DNA of 64,000 nt from an uncultured Candidatus Saccharibacteria bacterium (lineage in GTDB: Bacteria > Patescibacteriota > Minisyncoccia > Phycocordibacterales > UBA2100): the NCBI GenBank assembly GCA_964434285.1, contig CAYSUJ010000003.1, forward strand, positions 20,992 through 84,991. The letters are read 5' to 3'. A program made the translations under genes and the position numbers. Within the stretch, counting starts at the first letter, position 1; every line of letters starts with the position of its first letter. Below the pieces are notes generated by a model, which made no database searches, was not told where the DNA came from, and saw only the letters and a list, made by a program, of their open reading frames with translations. This document shows positions 46,915-56,572 of the stretch, piece after piece.

Positions 46915-48774
46915 ATGTTCAGTACAGGAAATTCCGGCCCTCGAGGCGGAGCACCTCGTAGGGGGCCTCATCCACACGGCGCACGCCGCCCTCGCCCACA
47001 TGGTCCTCACCATGCGCGCCCACGTGGTCCACGCCGCGGCAGTGTTCGCGTCGAGCACTCGTCTGCCCCACCCCGTCGCGATACCGCGCAGGTGCCACCC
47101 ATCAGCGAGAACACCGTGCGCATCGTTCCTCTAGGAGGTGTAGAAGAAATCGGCCGCAACATGACGGCAGTGGAAGTCGGCGATGACATTTACGTCCTCG
47201 ACGCAGGCTTCCAATTCAAGGAGGATGACACGCCGGGCATTGACTACATATTGCCAAACACGGGCTACTTGGAGCAGAACCGACACAAAGTGCGCGGTCT
47301 CCTTATCTCGCACGGCCACTTGGATCACATCGGCGGCATTCCCTACATCCTCGACCGCATCGGCAACCCCATGATCTACACACGCCGCCTAACGGGCATG
47401 ATGATCAAGAAGCGCCAGGAAGAGTTTGTAGGAAGCTCACCAATCCAAATTCGAGAAGTTGAAAAAGGCGAAACACTTAAATTAGGAAGCCACACGATAC
47501 GCTTCTTCGGTGTCACCCACACCGTGCCTGATTCCATGGGAATTATCATTGAGACCGCGTGGGGTGATGTTGTCTTCACGGGCGACATTAAGCTCAATCA
47601 CAAAGACGGCACACCTTCGGAGGAAGAGCAGCGCGAGTTCGGCATCTTCACAGAACGAAAAGTGCTCGCCCTTCTTATGGACTCAACAAACGTATGGCAG
47701 CCAGGGTTCTCGATTCCCGAATCAAACGTGTACGCAACCCTAGAGCGCATCATCACAGAAACGAATGGTCGCCTCATCATCGCCATGTTTGCTTCTCACC
47801 TCGAGCGCCTCATTCGCGTCATGCAGTTCGCTGAAGAAAACGCCAAAAAGGTGGTTATAGACGGTCGCTCCATGCGCACCAACATCGAAATCGCGCGCGA
47901 GCTTGGTCTCATCAAATACAAAGATGATACCGTCATCCAGGTGGAAGATATTGATCGCTTCCCTCCGGAGAAAGTGGTCATTCTCGCAACCGGCGCTCAG
48001 GGCGATGAATTTGCCTCGCTCGCACGCATTGGTAACAAATCACACAAGTATCTTCGCTTAAAGCCTACTGACACCATCGTGCTCTCGTCGTCGGTTATTC
48101 CCGGCAACGAACGCGCCGTGCAGAAACTCAAAGACAATCTTTCTCGTCAGGGGGCTCGCATTATTACGTACCACGCATCCGACGTGCACGCCTCAGGCCA
48201 TGGCAACCGTGAAGAAGCCGTGTGGATACACAAGCAGGTCCGCCCGAAGTTCTTCGTGCCCGTGCACGGCTACCACTATATGCTCCGCGTCCATGGAGAC
48301 GTCGCAGAGGAGTTGGGCATGCCCCGCTCGAACATCGTCATCCCTGACAACAGCGCCGTCATTGAGATAACGAACGGAGAGAAAATTGGTGTCCTTCCTG
48401 TAAGGGCGCCCCATGAACTTCGGGTTGTGGAGGGACACACCGTCTCCGAACTTTCCGATGTCTTGATGCGAGATCGCAAGGCACTCGGACAAGAAGGTTT
48501 CTGTGTCGTCGTCGCGACCGTGGATCGTCGCACGGGAAAACTGCACAAATCTCCTGACATCATCTCGCGAGGGTTCGTCTATCTTCGTGACAACAAAGAC
48601 CTCATGGATCAGACGCGACTTATCGTGCGCAAGAGCGTTGAAACAGCGATGCGCAATCCTCGTGCTGCCGATCTCGACCAGGCACGCGACGATCTCGCTG
48701 AAGACGTCGCACGCTTCCTGCTCTTGAAGACACAAAAGCGCCCGATCGTGATACCGGTGATTGTGAGTATATAG
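46915..48774 (+). CDS. rnj: Ribonuclease J
   Basis: PLGGVEEIGRNM, HGHLDHIG, HASGH, PVHG; Arg/Pro/His-rich N-terminal tail. Confidence 0.97.
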   Translation: MFSTGNSGPRGGAPRRGPHPHGARRPRPHGPHHARPRGPRRGSVRVEHSSAPPRRDTAQVPPISENTVRIVPLGGVEEIGRNMTAVEVGDDIYVLDAGFQFKEDDTPGIDYILPNTGYLEQNRHKVRGLLISHGHLDHIGGIPYILDRIGNPMIYTRRLTGMMIKKRQEEFVGSSPIQIREVEKGETLKLGSHTIRFFGVTHTVPDSMGIIIETAWGDVVFTGDIKLNHKDGTPSEEEQREFGIFTERKVLALLMDSTNVWQPGFSIPESNVYATLERIITETNGRLIIAMFASHLERLIRVMQFAEENAKKVVIDGRSMRTNIEIARELGLIKYKDDTVIQVEDIDRFPPEKVVILATGAQGDEFASLARIGNKSHKYLRLKPTDTIVLSSSVIPGNERAVQKLKDNLSRQGARIITYHASDVHASGHGNREEAVWIHKQVRPKFFVPVHGYHYMLRVHGDVAEELGMPRSNIVIPDNSAVIEITNGEKIGVLPVRAPHELRVVEGHTVSELSDVLMRDRKALGQEGFCVVVATVDRRTGKLHKSPDIISRGFVYLRDNKDLMDQTRLIVRKSVETAMRNPRAADLDQARDDLAEDVARFLLLKTQKRPIVIPVIVSI

Positions 48775-48776
48775 AG

Positions 48777-48803
48777 AAAGGCCTGGATTGCTCCAGGCCT
48801 TTT
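48777..48803. terminator. Bidirectional terminator
   Basis: aaaggcctgga-ttgc-tccaggcctttt between convergent genes. Confidence 0.75.
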
Positions 48804-48812
48804 GCATTCTCC

Positions 48813-48953
48813 TCATGCGACCATGACGACAAAGAATAGTAGCGCAAGCCAAAGCGTTGCAAGCAAGAAGCCAACATGTGCAGCTTCTTGTCGGATATCC
48901 GGGTCATCGTCGCTGCGAGTGAGCAGGAAGAATAGTCGCTGAAAATAGCGCAT
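48813..48953 (-). CDS. Small single-TM protein (46 aa), not in ORF track
   Basis: AAGGAG SD; MRYFQRLFFLLTRSDDDPDIRQEAAHVGFLLATLWLALLFFVVMVA*; ends at the terminator. Confidence 0.55.
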   Translation of the reverse strand: MRYFQRLFFLLTRSDDDPDIRQEAAHVGFLLATLWLALLFFVVMVA

Positions 48954-48977
48954 GTCATTCTCCTTTCCTCTCTGAGA

Positions 48978-49841
48978 CTAGCGAGAATCGCCCGATCCTG
49001 CAAGCTCCCACCGCGAGCCCTTTCGTACGATCATACCCTCACGCTTGAGTGCTGCAAGCACACTGATGCCCGTAGATGCATGAACACCCTTTAAGAGGAT
49101 CGACGTCCGTAATGATCCCGTAAGAAGCGCACGCACAATCTTTCCGCGAATTTGACGCGAGGAACCTTCAAAGCGCGATTGGCGCACGTGATGCGCACTG
49201 CGCCGAGACGGATTAGAGGTCTGTTTTTTCAGATATGACCCGTAGTCCATGAGAGCTGCATACCATTCGCGGGGACTCTCTGCGCGCGCAATAGCCTTTT
49301 GTAACATTGGCATCAATGTCGTATCTGATACATTCGTCGATCGTGGTAAAAAATGATAGATAAGTGCCGCACGAATATTGGTCTCGACGATGATGTCTGG
49401 TCTGTTAAATGCAAAAACCCTGACTGCGCCCGCTGTGTACGCACCAACACCGGGAAGTGCACGAAGAGCGATCGCGTCCTTCGGGACTCTGCCGCCGTGC
49501 TTCTGCATGATCACCTTCGCGCACTCGCGAAGCATCTTAGCGCGGCGATTGTACCCAAGTCCGCTCCACTCTTGTAAAACTTCAGCAAGTGAAGATTCTG
49601 TGAGCCTCCTCACCGTCGGGAATCTTTTCATCCAACGCTTGAAATACGGTATAACTCTGTCTACCTGAGTTTGCTGTAGCATAATCTCAGAAACGAGAAT
49701 CGCGTACGGATCGTGCGTGCGCCGCCACGGAAGATCATGGCGGCCGTTTTCTTTCCAGTATTCCCAGACTTCTTTTTGAAAGTTTTGGATTTTGAATTGC
49801 ACTTTAGCTTTTTGACTTTTACCTTTTGATTTAGAGCTCAT
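48978..49841 (-). CDS. mutY: A/G-specific adenine glycosylase, lacking Fe-S motif
   Basis: RHDLPWR...PY.ILVSEIMLQQTQV, W.GLGYNRRA, LPGVG.YTA; no C-X6-C-X2-C-X5-C. Confidence 0.9.
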   Translation of the reverse strand: MSSKSKGKSQKAKVQFKIQNFQKEVWEYWKENGRHDLPWRRTHDPYAILVSEIMLQQTQVDRVIPYFKRWMKRFPTVRRLTESSLAEVLQEWSGLGYNRRAKMLRECAKVIMQKHGGRVPKDAIALRALPGVGAYTAGAVRVFAFNRPDIIVETNIRAALIYHFLPRSTNVSDTTLMPMLQKAIARAESPREWYAALMDYGSYLKKQTSNPSRRSAHHVRQSRFEGSSRQIRGKIVRALLTGSLRTSILLKGVHASTGISVLAALKREGMIVRKGSRWELAGSGDSR

Positions 49842-50523
49842 ATATAACATCCTTTCTCTCCACCACCACCTTCCAGTTTTCTCGCTTCGCGTGTCGATAG
49901 AGCTTCATGTTTGGGTTAAAACAGATTGGTTCTTCCACTAGTTCTAGAAATGGAATGTCGCTCTCTGTATCCCCCACGCCAATTGACCCCATAAGCGTCA
50001 AAAGCTCTTTTTCAACAGCACGGTGGACGATTGCCGCTTTATTAAAAATGAGATGTTCGTCAACAATGTTCCCCGTAAACGCGTCCTCTGCTCCCGTCTC
50101 ATAGATGGTTCCGTACACTTTATCGAAGCCGAGACCGGGACAAAACTTATCTAAAATGGTCTTCGGCGAGTGTGATATCGCAAGCAGAAAGAAACCTTCG
50201 CCCTTTAATTTTTTTAGCAAATCGCGTGTGTACCGATAGACTCTTTTGGAATGCTCGTCAACGACATGTCCGGCAGCATCGGCAAGTATGTGATATTTCA
50301 TTCCTTTGAGATGTTTCAAAAACGCATGTACCACCGCCTGAATGTACTCTTCATACCCCCCTTCCCGATTGAGCCAGCGCTCATGTTCGATCTCAAACTC
50401 ATCGCGCACGTCTTCCGAAAAGGCTCCCACAAAAATGAGTCGATCAACGATCTCGATCAGGAGTGAGGAACGAAAGATGGTTCCGTCCACGTCAAAAATA
50501 GCAACGCGCCCCCTGTCTTGCAT
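49831..50523 (-). CDS. HAD-IB family hydrolase
   Basis: FDVDGT, ISHS, K, GDTESD, NP. Confidence 0.9.
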   Translation of the reverse strand: MQDRGRVAIFDVDGTIFRSSLLIEIVDRLIFVGAFSEDVRDEFEIEHERWLNREGGYEEYIQAVVHAFLKHLKGMKYHILADAAGHVVDEHSKRVYRYTRDLLKKLKGEGFFLLAISHSPKTILDKFCPGLGFDKVYGTIYETGAEDAFTGNIVDEHLIFNKAAIVHRAVEKELLTLMGSIGVGDTESDIPFLELVEEPICFNPNMKLYRHAKRENWKVVVERKDVIYEL

Positions 50524-50613
50524 GCCCCTATACTACACATTTGTTCTGTTATTGCGAAGTTAATGAAAATCATGCAGTATGGGTCAGGAACAACCATATC
50601 GATGGAGTGTCAA

Positions 50614-50946
50614 ATGAGGGATCTTTGCATCTACCTGCCAAACGGGAAAGAAATCACTCCCCGGATTCTCTTGGAAGAGTACCCGAAATGGTTCGATCCC
50701 GAGATGGTCCAGGCCATGGCCTCTTCGTTGCCAGAAGAATGGGCCACGTGGGGTCTAACTAGTGGGGACTGGCGCGCATACGATCAGTGGGCGAGTCGGT
50801 ACGCAACACTACTCGGCGAATCGAAGGAGTGGTGCTACATGTTGGGACTCGTTGGCACTGCCAGAAAGCAAAATCTCGTAATGGAGGCTTTGCTCGCCCG
50901 GTTCATAAATATGCCAGGAGCGGCACAAGCAATATTCGAAGCATGA
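50614..50946 (+). CDS. Hypothetical protein
   Basis: GGAG SD before ATG 50614; fills the gap between the HAD and nth genes. Confidence 0.5.
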   Translation: MRDLCIYLPNGKEITPRILLEEYPKWFDPEMVQAMASSLPEEWATWGLTSGDWRAYDQWASRYATLLGESKEWCYMLGLVGTARKQNLVMEALLARFINMPGAAQAIFEA

Positions 50947-50954
50947 ACGCGGTC

Positions 50955-51602
50955 TCATGCCCGTGGCCAGCGGCTCCCAGCCGCTGGCCACAATTTTGTA
51001 AGTGGGTGCGCATCGCACGCATGCTTCCGCGCCGTGCATACATACCGGCCATACAGTACGAGCCCATTATTGACGTATTTCCAATCTTTTTGGGGAATCA
51101 GTGCCTCAAGATCGTGAGAAATTTTTTTGAGATCACTATGTTTCGAAAGGTCAAACTTGCGCGCGAATCGTTTTACATGAGTATCCGTAGGTATCCCCTC
51201 CCAAATGTCGTAGAGTTCGCCCAAAATGACGTGTGCGGTTTTGTAGCCGACTCCTGGTAGTTTCTGGAGCTCCGCCGCAACGCGCGGCACTGTGCCGCCA
51301 AAATCGTCTGCAACGATTTTGGCGGTCATACGAATGTGACGCGCTTTGTTCCTGAAGAAAGGAATTGCAGCAAGCTCGCGCTCAAAAGTCGCGGGATGCG
51401 CCTGTGCAAAGTCCGCAGCATTTTTGTACTTCTTAAAGAGTGTTGCGGTGAGTTTGTTTACCGCCTTATCCGTGCATTGCGCCGACAACACCACCGCAAC
51501 AAGAAATTGAAACGGGGTGTGATAAACCAACTCACTCTTGGGTAAGGGGTACAAGCGCTTTAATCGCGCAACGATAGTTCTCGCTCGCTGCCGCTTGTCC
51601 AT
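50955..51602 (-). CDS. nth: Endonuclease III
   Basis: PFQFLVAVVLSAQCTDKAVN, LPGVGYKTA, DTHV; degenerate Fe-S motif. Confidence 0.95.
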   Translation of the reverse strand: MDKRQRARTIVARLKRLYPLPKSELVYHTPFQFLVAVVLSAQCTDKAVNKLTATLFKKYKNAADFAQAHPATFERELAAIPFFRNKARHIRMTAKIVADDFGGTVPRVAAELQKLPGVGYKTAHVILGELYDIWEGIPTDTHVKRFARKFDLSKHSDLKKISHDLEALIPQKDWKYVNNGLVLYGRYVCTARKHACDAHPLTKLWPAAGSRWPRA

Positions 51603-51607
51603 GACAC

Positions 51608-52081
51608 TTACTGAATCACTATCGGTAGCGATACCGACGCCGCATTCTCAGGAAGACCCGAAGGATTGTCATTGCGCAAGATGAGCGTTGCAAAACCAGA
51701 ATAGTTTGGAACAGTAACGACGAACGCAAAGGGAACAAATTCAGGTGTCATCCACTCACCACTCGCAGTGACAGGACCCTGTGCAAGTATCTTCCCTGCA
51801 CTATCGACGACTTCGTATGGAAAATTTGCCTCAAAATACCAGCCGCCTCGTGCCGCTCCCCGGACATTGAATGTCGAAGAAACCTCTGCCCCCGGAAGAG
51901 GTGTGTCCACACGAATCGTATCGGCAGTAGCATTTTCGTACGTCGCGCGCACCTCAGGTTCGGGCTCCGGTATAGAATCGCGAGGTATTGGTGTCGGCTC
52001 AGGCATCACGAATCCACCCATATACCACACCCCAAGACCAAATGAGAGAATTGCGACTACAAGGACAACGAGATATCTCAT
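51608..52081 (-). CDS. Gmad2-type immunoglobulin-like domain protein
   Basis: TM segment, then P.PG..V.S...V.G.ARG.WYFEA.FP...WMT..FVPF...DNPSGLPE. Confidence 0.85.
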   Translation of the reverse strand: MRYLVVLVVAILSFGLGVWYMGGFVMPEPTPIPRDSIPEPEPEVRATYENATADTIRVDTPLPGAEVSSTFNVRGAARGGWYFEANFPYEVVDSAGKILAQGPVTASGEWMTPEFVPFAFVVTVPNYSGFATLILRNDNPSGLPENAASVSLPIVIQ

Positions 52082-52509
52082 TGCTGCAGTGTACCCCGAA
52101 GGCGCCTCTCCACAAGCGATGCAATAAAGACACTGAGCGGAAGAAGGACCGCCATCTGTACAAGGGGTGAAAGCCCTAATGGACCAATCATCGGCATAGC
52201 TTCGGTGTACGCCCACCTTCCGAGAGCCATGGCTTTGTATTCGACGAAAAGAGCAATTGCGAGACCCATGAAGGCGAGACCGACATATGCCTGAGCGCGT
52301 GGACGAATGAACCACGTGAGGCAACCAGTAAAGAATGATACGAAAAGTACTGCGCCGAGAGTGTAGGCGACATCCCCAAGTGTCGCGAAAAGATACACAG
52401 GAAATATTCCCTCCATCGCCTCATACCCCGTGTAAAGGACGATGTGAGAGCGTTCCCACAGAAAATGGAGGAGAAACGCAATAAACGAAAGTGTCGCGTA
52501 AACACGCAT
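52078..52509 (-). CDS. Hypothetical membrane protein
   Basis: LHFLWE..H..LY...GD...E..A...GRWAY...MP...GLSPL.Q. Confidence 0.75.
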   Translation of the reverse strand: MRVYATLSFIAFLLHFLWERSHIVLYTGYEAMEGIFPVYLFATLGDVAYTLGAVLFVSFFTGCLTWFIRPRAQAYVGLAFMGLAIALFVEYKAMALGRWAYTEAMPMIGPLGLSPLVQMAVLLPLSVFIASLVERRLRGTLQQ

Positions 52510-52512
52510 ACA

Positions 52513-53484
52513 CTAGAGTGACGCGAGCACTTTCGCGAGTTTCTCCGGGCTATGTCTGATGAGCGAGCGCTGCAACGCGTCTCCCTTGGTTTTTTCTGAT
52601 ACGCCATCGGCAAGCACATCGGCGCCAATGAACACTCGCGGACTTGAAAATGCCGCCTCATCAAAGCTCAGTGGCTCACCTTCATCGGCATATTTCTTGA
52701 CGAGCGCCGCAGGAGGAGCCTTAGTATTATAGACAACAGTGTCGAAAATCCCTTCTTTGCCAATGATGTCTTCGAGCACGCGAACATAGTCAGCGACAGT
52801 GAAGTCGTCAGCGTGACCATGGCGATTCATCAAATTTGCAATGTACACCTTGCGCGCCTTGGATTTTATAAATGCCTCAGAAAATCCTTCAACCAAAAAG
52901 TTAGGAACAAGTGACGTGTAAATGTCGCCGGGCCCGACTATGATCAGATCTGCTTCTTTCAAAGCCTTGAGGGCCTTTGGGTGCATGGTCGCCTTCGGTT
53001 TAAGGAACATCTTTTTTATCCCGAATTTCGAAACAAGCTGGTATTCACCGAGCGCATCTTCACCTTCAATAATTTTCCCGTTATTGAGCTCGGTCATGAG
53101 CTTTGCATGATCCAGGGTCACAGGAATGACCTTGCCCTTTATGTTAAGAATGGTGCCGGTGACATCGAGTGCCTTGTCAATTGAGCCAGTGATTTTTTCG
53201 AGTGTGGAAATAAAAAGATTACCGAAACTATGTCCGTCGAGCCCCCCGTTTTCATACCGATGACTAAAGAGTTCACGCATCAAGGTCCCACTCTCGCCGA
53301 GCGCGATGAGCGATTGGCGCAAATCCCCCGGTGGAAGTACCCCCATTTCATCGCGAAGGCGGCCTGTCGAGCCACCATCGTCGAACATGGTGACAATTGC
53401 GGAGAGCTCGACCGGGTAGCGCTTGAGTCCGAGTAGCACTCCAAATCGCCCCGTCCCGCCCCCGATCGTGACTATTTTCTTCAT
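52513..53484 (-). CDS. YvcK/GlmR (CofD-like) family protein
   Basis: IGGGTG, DDGGSTGRLR, PPGDLR, GHSFGNL, GPGD.YTS..PN. Confidence 0.93.
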   Translation of the reverse strand: MKKIVTIGGGTGRFGVLLGLKRYPVELSAIVTMFDDGGSTGRLRDEMGVLPPGDLRQSLIALGESGTLMRELFSHRYENGGLDGHSFGNLFISTLEKITGSIDKALDVTGTILNIKGKVIPVTLDHAKLMTELNNGKIIEGEDALGEYQLVSKFGIKKMFLKPKATMHPKALKALKEADLIIVGPGDIYTSLVPNFLVEGFSEAFIKSKARKVYIANLMNRHGHADDFTVADYVRVLEDIIGKEGIFDTVVYNTKAPPAALVKKYADEGEPLSFDEAAFSSPRVFIGADVLADGVSEKTKGDALQRSLIRHSPEKLAKVLASL

Positions 53485-53567
53485 CTAGTCACTATACCTG
53501 TGCATAACCCCTCGCGCCACCCTTGCGCCTTTCCCACCCCTTGCTATGCTCTTCGGTACACCCCCAA

Positions 53568-53657
53568 TACATCAAGAGCGCGATTAGAGTTCTGGCTCAG
53601 AGTCGCCCCCAACCCCGAAACTCGGAAGGTGGGAAACCAGTCCTTCGGGAAGATGCA
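53568..53657 (+). promoter_or_regulatory. SAM-I family riboswitch upstream of metK
   Basis: P1 CATC/GATG, AUCAAGAG, CUGGC, CAACC...GGUG, AAGAUG; followed by hairpin tctccc-gtat-gggga and a T-tract (53668-53694). Confidence 0.8.
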
Positions 53658-53697
53658 CTATTTAGATGTCTCCCGTATGGGGGATAATTTTTTTATC

Positions 53698-54750
53698 ATG
53701 CTGCACTTATTGAAAACTTACACGACAGAAAGCGTCACGAGCGGTCACCCCGATAAGGTGTGCGACCAAATATCAGATGCGATTCTCGATGCCTGCCTTG
53801 AACAAGACCCACGCTCGCGCGTCGCGGTGGAAACGTTTGGTTCGCACGGCACACTCATGATCGGCGGCGAAGTGACGACGAACGCAAAAGTGGACATGGC
53901 AAAGATTGCCGAGAATGTCTACAAATCAATTGGCTACACACAAAAATTGAAGATCTTGAATACGGTCGCGAAACAATCAAACGACATTGCACAAGGTGTC
54001 GACACCGGTGGCGCTGGCGATCAAGGCATCATGTATGGCTATGCGACAAACGAGACGAAGGAGATGCTTCCACTCGGCGTCGTGCTATCGCACGCACTCG
54101 CCCGTCGCCTTGAAAAGCTTCGCCGTGACAAGACCTGCCCTTGGATAAAGCCTGACGGCAAGACACAGGTAACGATTAAAGATGGCAAGGTTGTGACCGC
54201 GCTTTGCTCAACACAGCACGCAAAGAACATCTCCCAAGCTGATATTCGCAAAGATCTAACCAAACACCTCTTTAAGCCAGTGCTTGGTGATTTGAAAGGA
54301 ATCGAAATCCTCGTAAACCCAACGGGCAAGTTCGAAATCGGTGGATTCGAAGCAGACGCGGGGCTCACCGGCCGCAAGATCATGGTTGATACGTATGGCG
54401 GTCTTATGCCGCACGGTGGTGGTGCGTTTTCAGGCAAAGACGCGACGAAGGTTGATCGTTCTGCAGCCTACATGTGCCGCTTTGTCGCCAAAAATCTCGT
54501 CGCAAATGGCTGTGGTAAAAAGGTGCTCGTAACGGTCGCGTATGCCATTGGTCGTGTCGAGCCCGTTATGGTTGAGGCATTCAACGAAAAAGGAAAAGAC
54601 CTCTCAAAAATCGTGCACAAGCACTTCGACTTTCGCCCGAAAGCGATCATCGAGCGACTCGAACTGCGCACGCCTATCTTCCGCGAAACTGCCGCGTACG
54701 GCCACTTCGGAGTCGAGGGGCGACCATGGGAAAAGGTGGAGAAATTGTAA
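53698..54750 (+). CDS. metK: S-adenosylmethionine synthetase (bacterial type)
   Basis: TESVTSGHPDKVCDQISD, GAGDQG, GGGAFSGKD..KVDRS; start at ATG 53698. Confidence 0.97.
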   Translation: MLHLLKTYTTESVTSGHPDKVCDQISDAILDACLEQDPRSRVAVETFGSHGTLMIGGEVTTNAKVDMAKIAENVYKSIGYTQKLKILNTVAKQSNDIAQGVDTGGAGDQGIMYGYATNETKEMLPLGVVLSHALARRLEKLRRDKTCPWIKPDGKTQVTIKDGKVVTALCSTQHAKNISQADIRKDLTKHLFKPVLGDLKGIEILVNPTGKFEIGGFEADAGLTGRKIMVDTYGGLMPHGGGAFSGKDATKVDRSAAYMCRFVAKNLVANGCGKKVLVTVAYAIGRVEPVMVEAFNEKGKDLSKIVHKHFDFRPKAIIERLELRTPIFRETAAYGHFGVEGRPWEKVEKL

Positions 54751-54819
54751 GGAATCTATCGCACAGCTTTCGCGTATTTAAAAATTGCCCCGCGCTTCCC
54801 AGCGCGGGGCATCAAGTCG

Positions 54820-55617
54820 TCAGAGCCATGTCTCATATCGGCCAACGTGCTCAAGAAGTTCGTCATCCGAGAACGTACGAGCTCGCATCTCAATCCATCC
54901 ACACGCATCGTTTGCGGGGCATGTTGGATCAACAATTCGTTTGCGAACATATGCGTCATGCACTCGACCATTTTGGTCTAGACGAGAGTACTGAATCGCC
55001 GCACCGTTCCTGATACCACTTCCTTCCATATGCGATCCCATCGCATCGTTCAGATCTTCCGGCCCCCATTCTTCGTGAAGATACCGGATAGCGTGCATCA
55101 ATTCACCATGCGTCACGCACACAACATCATCATCTTGATGATCCCTCCGAAGAGTGGCAAGAAAATCATGCCCACGAATAAGGGTATCTTGCATTGATTC
55201 GCCGCCGACCGGTCGCCACAAAAGGGCATCGATATGGCGGCGCTCAAACGCGTCAGCGTATTTCTGCACCTGTTCGTCGCGGCTGAGATGCGATAGCTCA
55301 CCCCAGCTACGCTCTCCAAGACGCATATCCCGTTTCCAACGGATCCCGAGACTCATATGTCCCGCCGTCTCCATCGAGCGTGCATACGGAGACACATAAC
55401 CGAACAACGGCCGACGGGCACACTCATTCTTGCGCCATTCCGTATACCAGCTTCCTGTCGTGCGAGCTTGATCTTTTCCACGAGGCGTGAGACGGCGCTT
55501 CCATGTCGCAACTTTCAACATTTCCGCACCCCCGGGCTCATGACCATTATTCATGGCATTGAAAAGAACATTTTCTTCGGACTCACCGTGGCGAATCCAC
55601 GTTGATGTGATAGGCAT
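54820..55617 (-). CDS. Histidine phosphatase / phosphoglycerate mutase family protein
   Basis: IRHGESE.N, SPY.R..ETA, ER.WG, GGES, VTHGE; AAGGAG SD. Confidence 0.9.
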   Translation of the reverse strand: MPITSTWIRHGESEENVLFNAMNNGHEPGGAEMLKVATWKRRLTPRGKDQARTTGSWYTEWRKNECARRPLFGYVSPYARSMETAGHMSLGIRWKRDMRLGERSWGELSHLSRDEQVQKYADAFERRHIDALLWRPVGGESMQDTLIRGHDFLATLRRDHQDDDVVCVTHGELMHAIRYLHEEWGPEDLNDAMGSHMEGSGIRNGAAIQYSRLDQNGRVHDAYVRKRIVDPTCPANDACGWIEMRARTFSDDELLEHVGRYETWL

Positions 55618-55672
55618 CGAACATTCTCCTTCTCTATACACCGAACACACTCTACCTTTTCAAGTACGGGAG

Positions 55673-56038
55673 TCAAACAAACTGCGGACGACTCGACGCC
55701 AGAAGTGCAAGGGCGAAAGTTGCCATCGTGAGCCCAAAATCACGGACGCCGATTGCGGTTGCGCCGATTTCTATCGTGATCACAAGGAGGTGAAGCGCGA
55801 GGGCGAGAGCAACCCAGCGTGTCCAGATGTTGAGCGCAAGCAAGGCACCTGCAACAACTTCAAAGAGGCCGTTTGCGAGCACGATCATCGCGGGTGGCAG
55901 ATGGAGAGTGTTCACCGCCCATTCGGGAACCCATGCAACCCAATTGATGCCGTCGAGGAGCTGCGAAAAACCGAACCAAAGAAACATTACCGCAAGACCG
56001 AGACGAAGAATTGTTATGCCCAATTGTTCACTCTGCAT
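55673..56038 (-). CDS. DoxX family membrane protein
   Basis: LRLGLA..FLWFG..Q...G.FE...VRD.GL. Confidence 0.85.
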   Translation of the reverse strand: MQSEQLGITILRLGLAVMFLWFGFSQLLDGINWVAWVPEWAVNTLHLPPAMIVLANGLFEVVAGALLALNIWTRWVALALALHLLVITIEIGATAIGVRDFGLTMATFALALLASSRPQFV

Positions 56039-56040
56039 AG

Positions 56041-56553
56041 CTATTGCGCAAGAACCCCTATCTTGAATCCAAAGAGAATTTTCTCTTTGGATGCATCACC
56101 GCCGTGCTTGCGATTGAATTTTGCCGAGCCATCCGCGCCACAGAGACCAAGTATCGCCTGCTCACCGCCAGGATGTTTCGGGATCCATGACGTGAGATCG
56201 TACACGCTCCCATTGATGCTGGACCAGCAGCTTGCGCGATTGTTGTGACTCGCTACGGTTGCCGATGCGATACCACTCGATGCGGCGGGTGCCCCGGCGG
56301 CGCCGCTCGCTCCTGCGGGAGTCGGGACCGGCGCGTCATCATCTTCATCTTCAAATTCTTCCTTGTCATCATCATTCGTCGTGGGAGCATTTGAGTTTTG
56401 CGATGGCGCCGACATATCGATCACCTCGGTATTTATTCCTGTATCTAAGTTTATAGACCGCGGTGATTCGGTCGCGTTTTTCTGCAACAAAACGAACCCG
56501 CCTACACCGAGCACTAACACCACACCCACAAGTATTGAAATAATACTATTCAT
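56041..56553 (-). CDS. Membrane-anchored cytochrome b5-like heme-binding protein
   Basis: V..HN....CW..ING.VYDLT.WI..HPGG...I...CG.DG...F...H. Confidence 0.92.
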   Translation of the reverse strand: MNSIISILVGVVLVLGVGGFVLLQKNATESPRSINLDTGINTEVIDMSAPSQNSNAPTTNDDDKEEFEDEDDDAPVPTPAGASGAAGAPAASSGIASATVASHNNRASCWSSINGSVYDLTSWIPKHPGGEQAILGLCGADGSAKFNRKHGGDASKEKILFGFKIGVLAQ

Positions 56554-56572
56554 ATTCTTTGACTATACCACA

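Noticed and set aside
53500-53697. 66-aa N-terminal extension of MetK
   Set aside because: The region is the promoter, riboswitch and terminator; MetK homology starts after ATG 53698.
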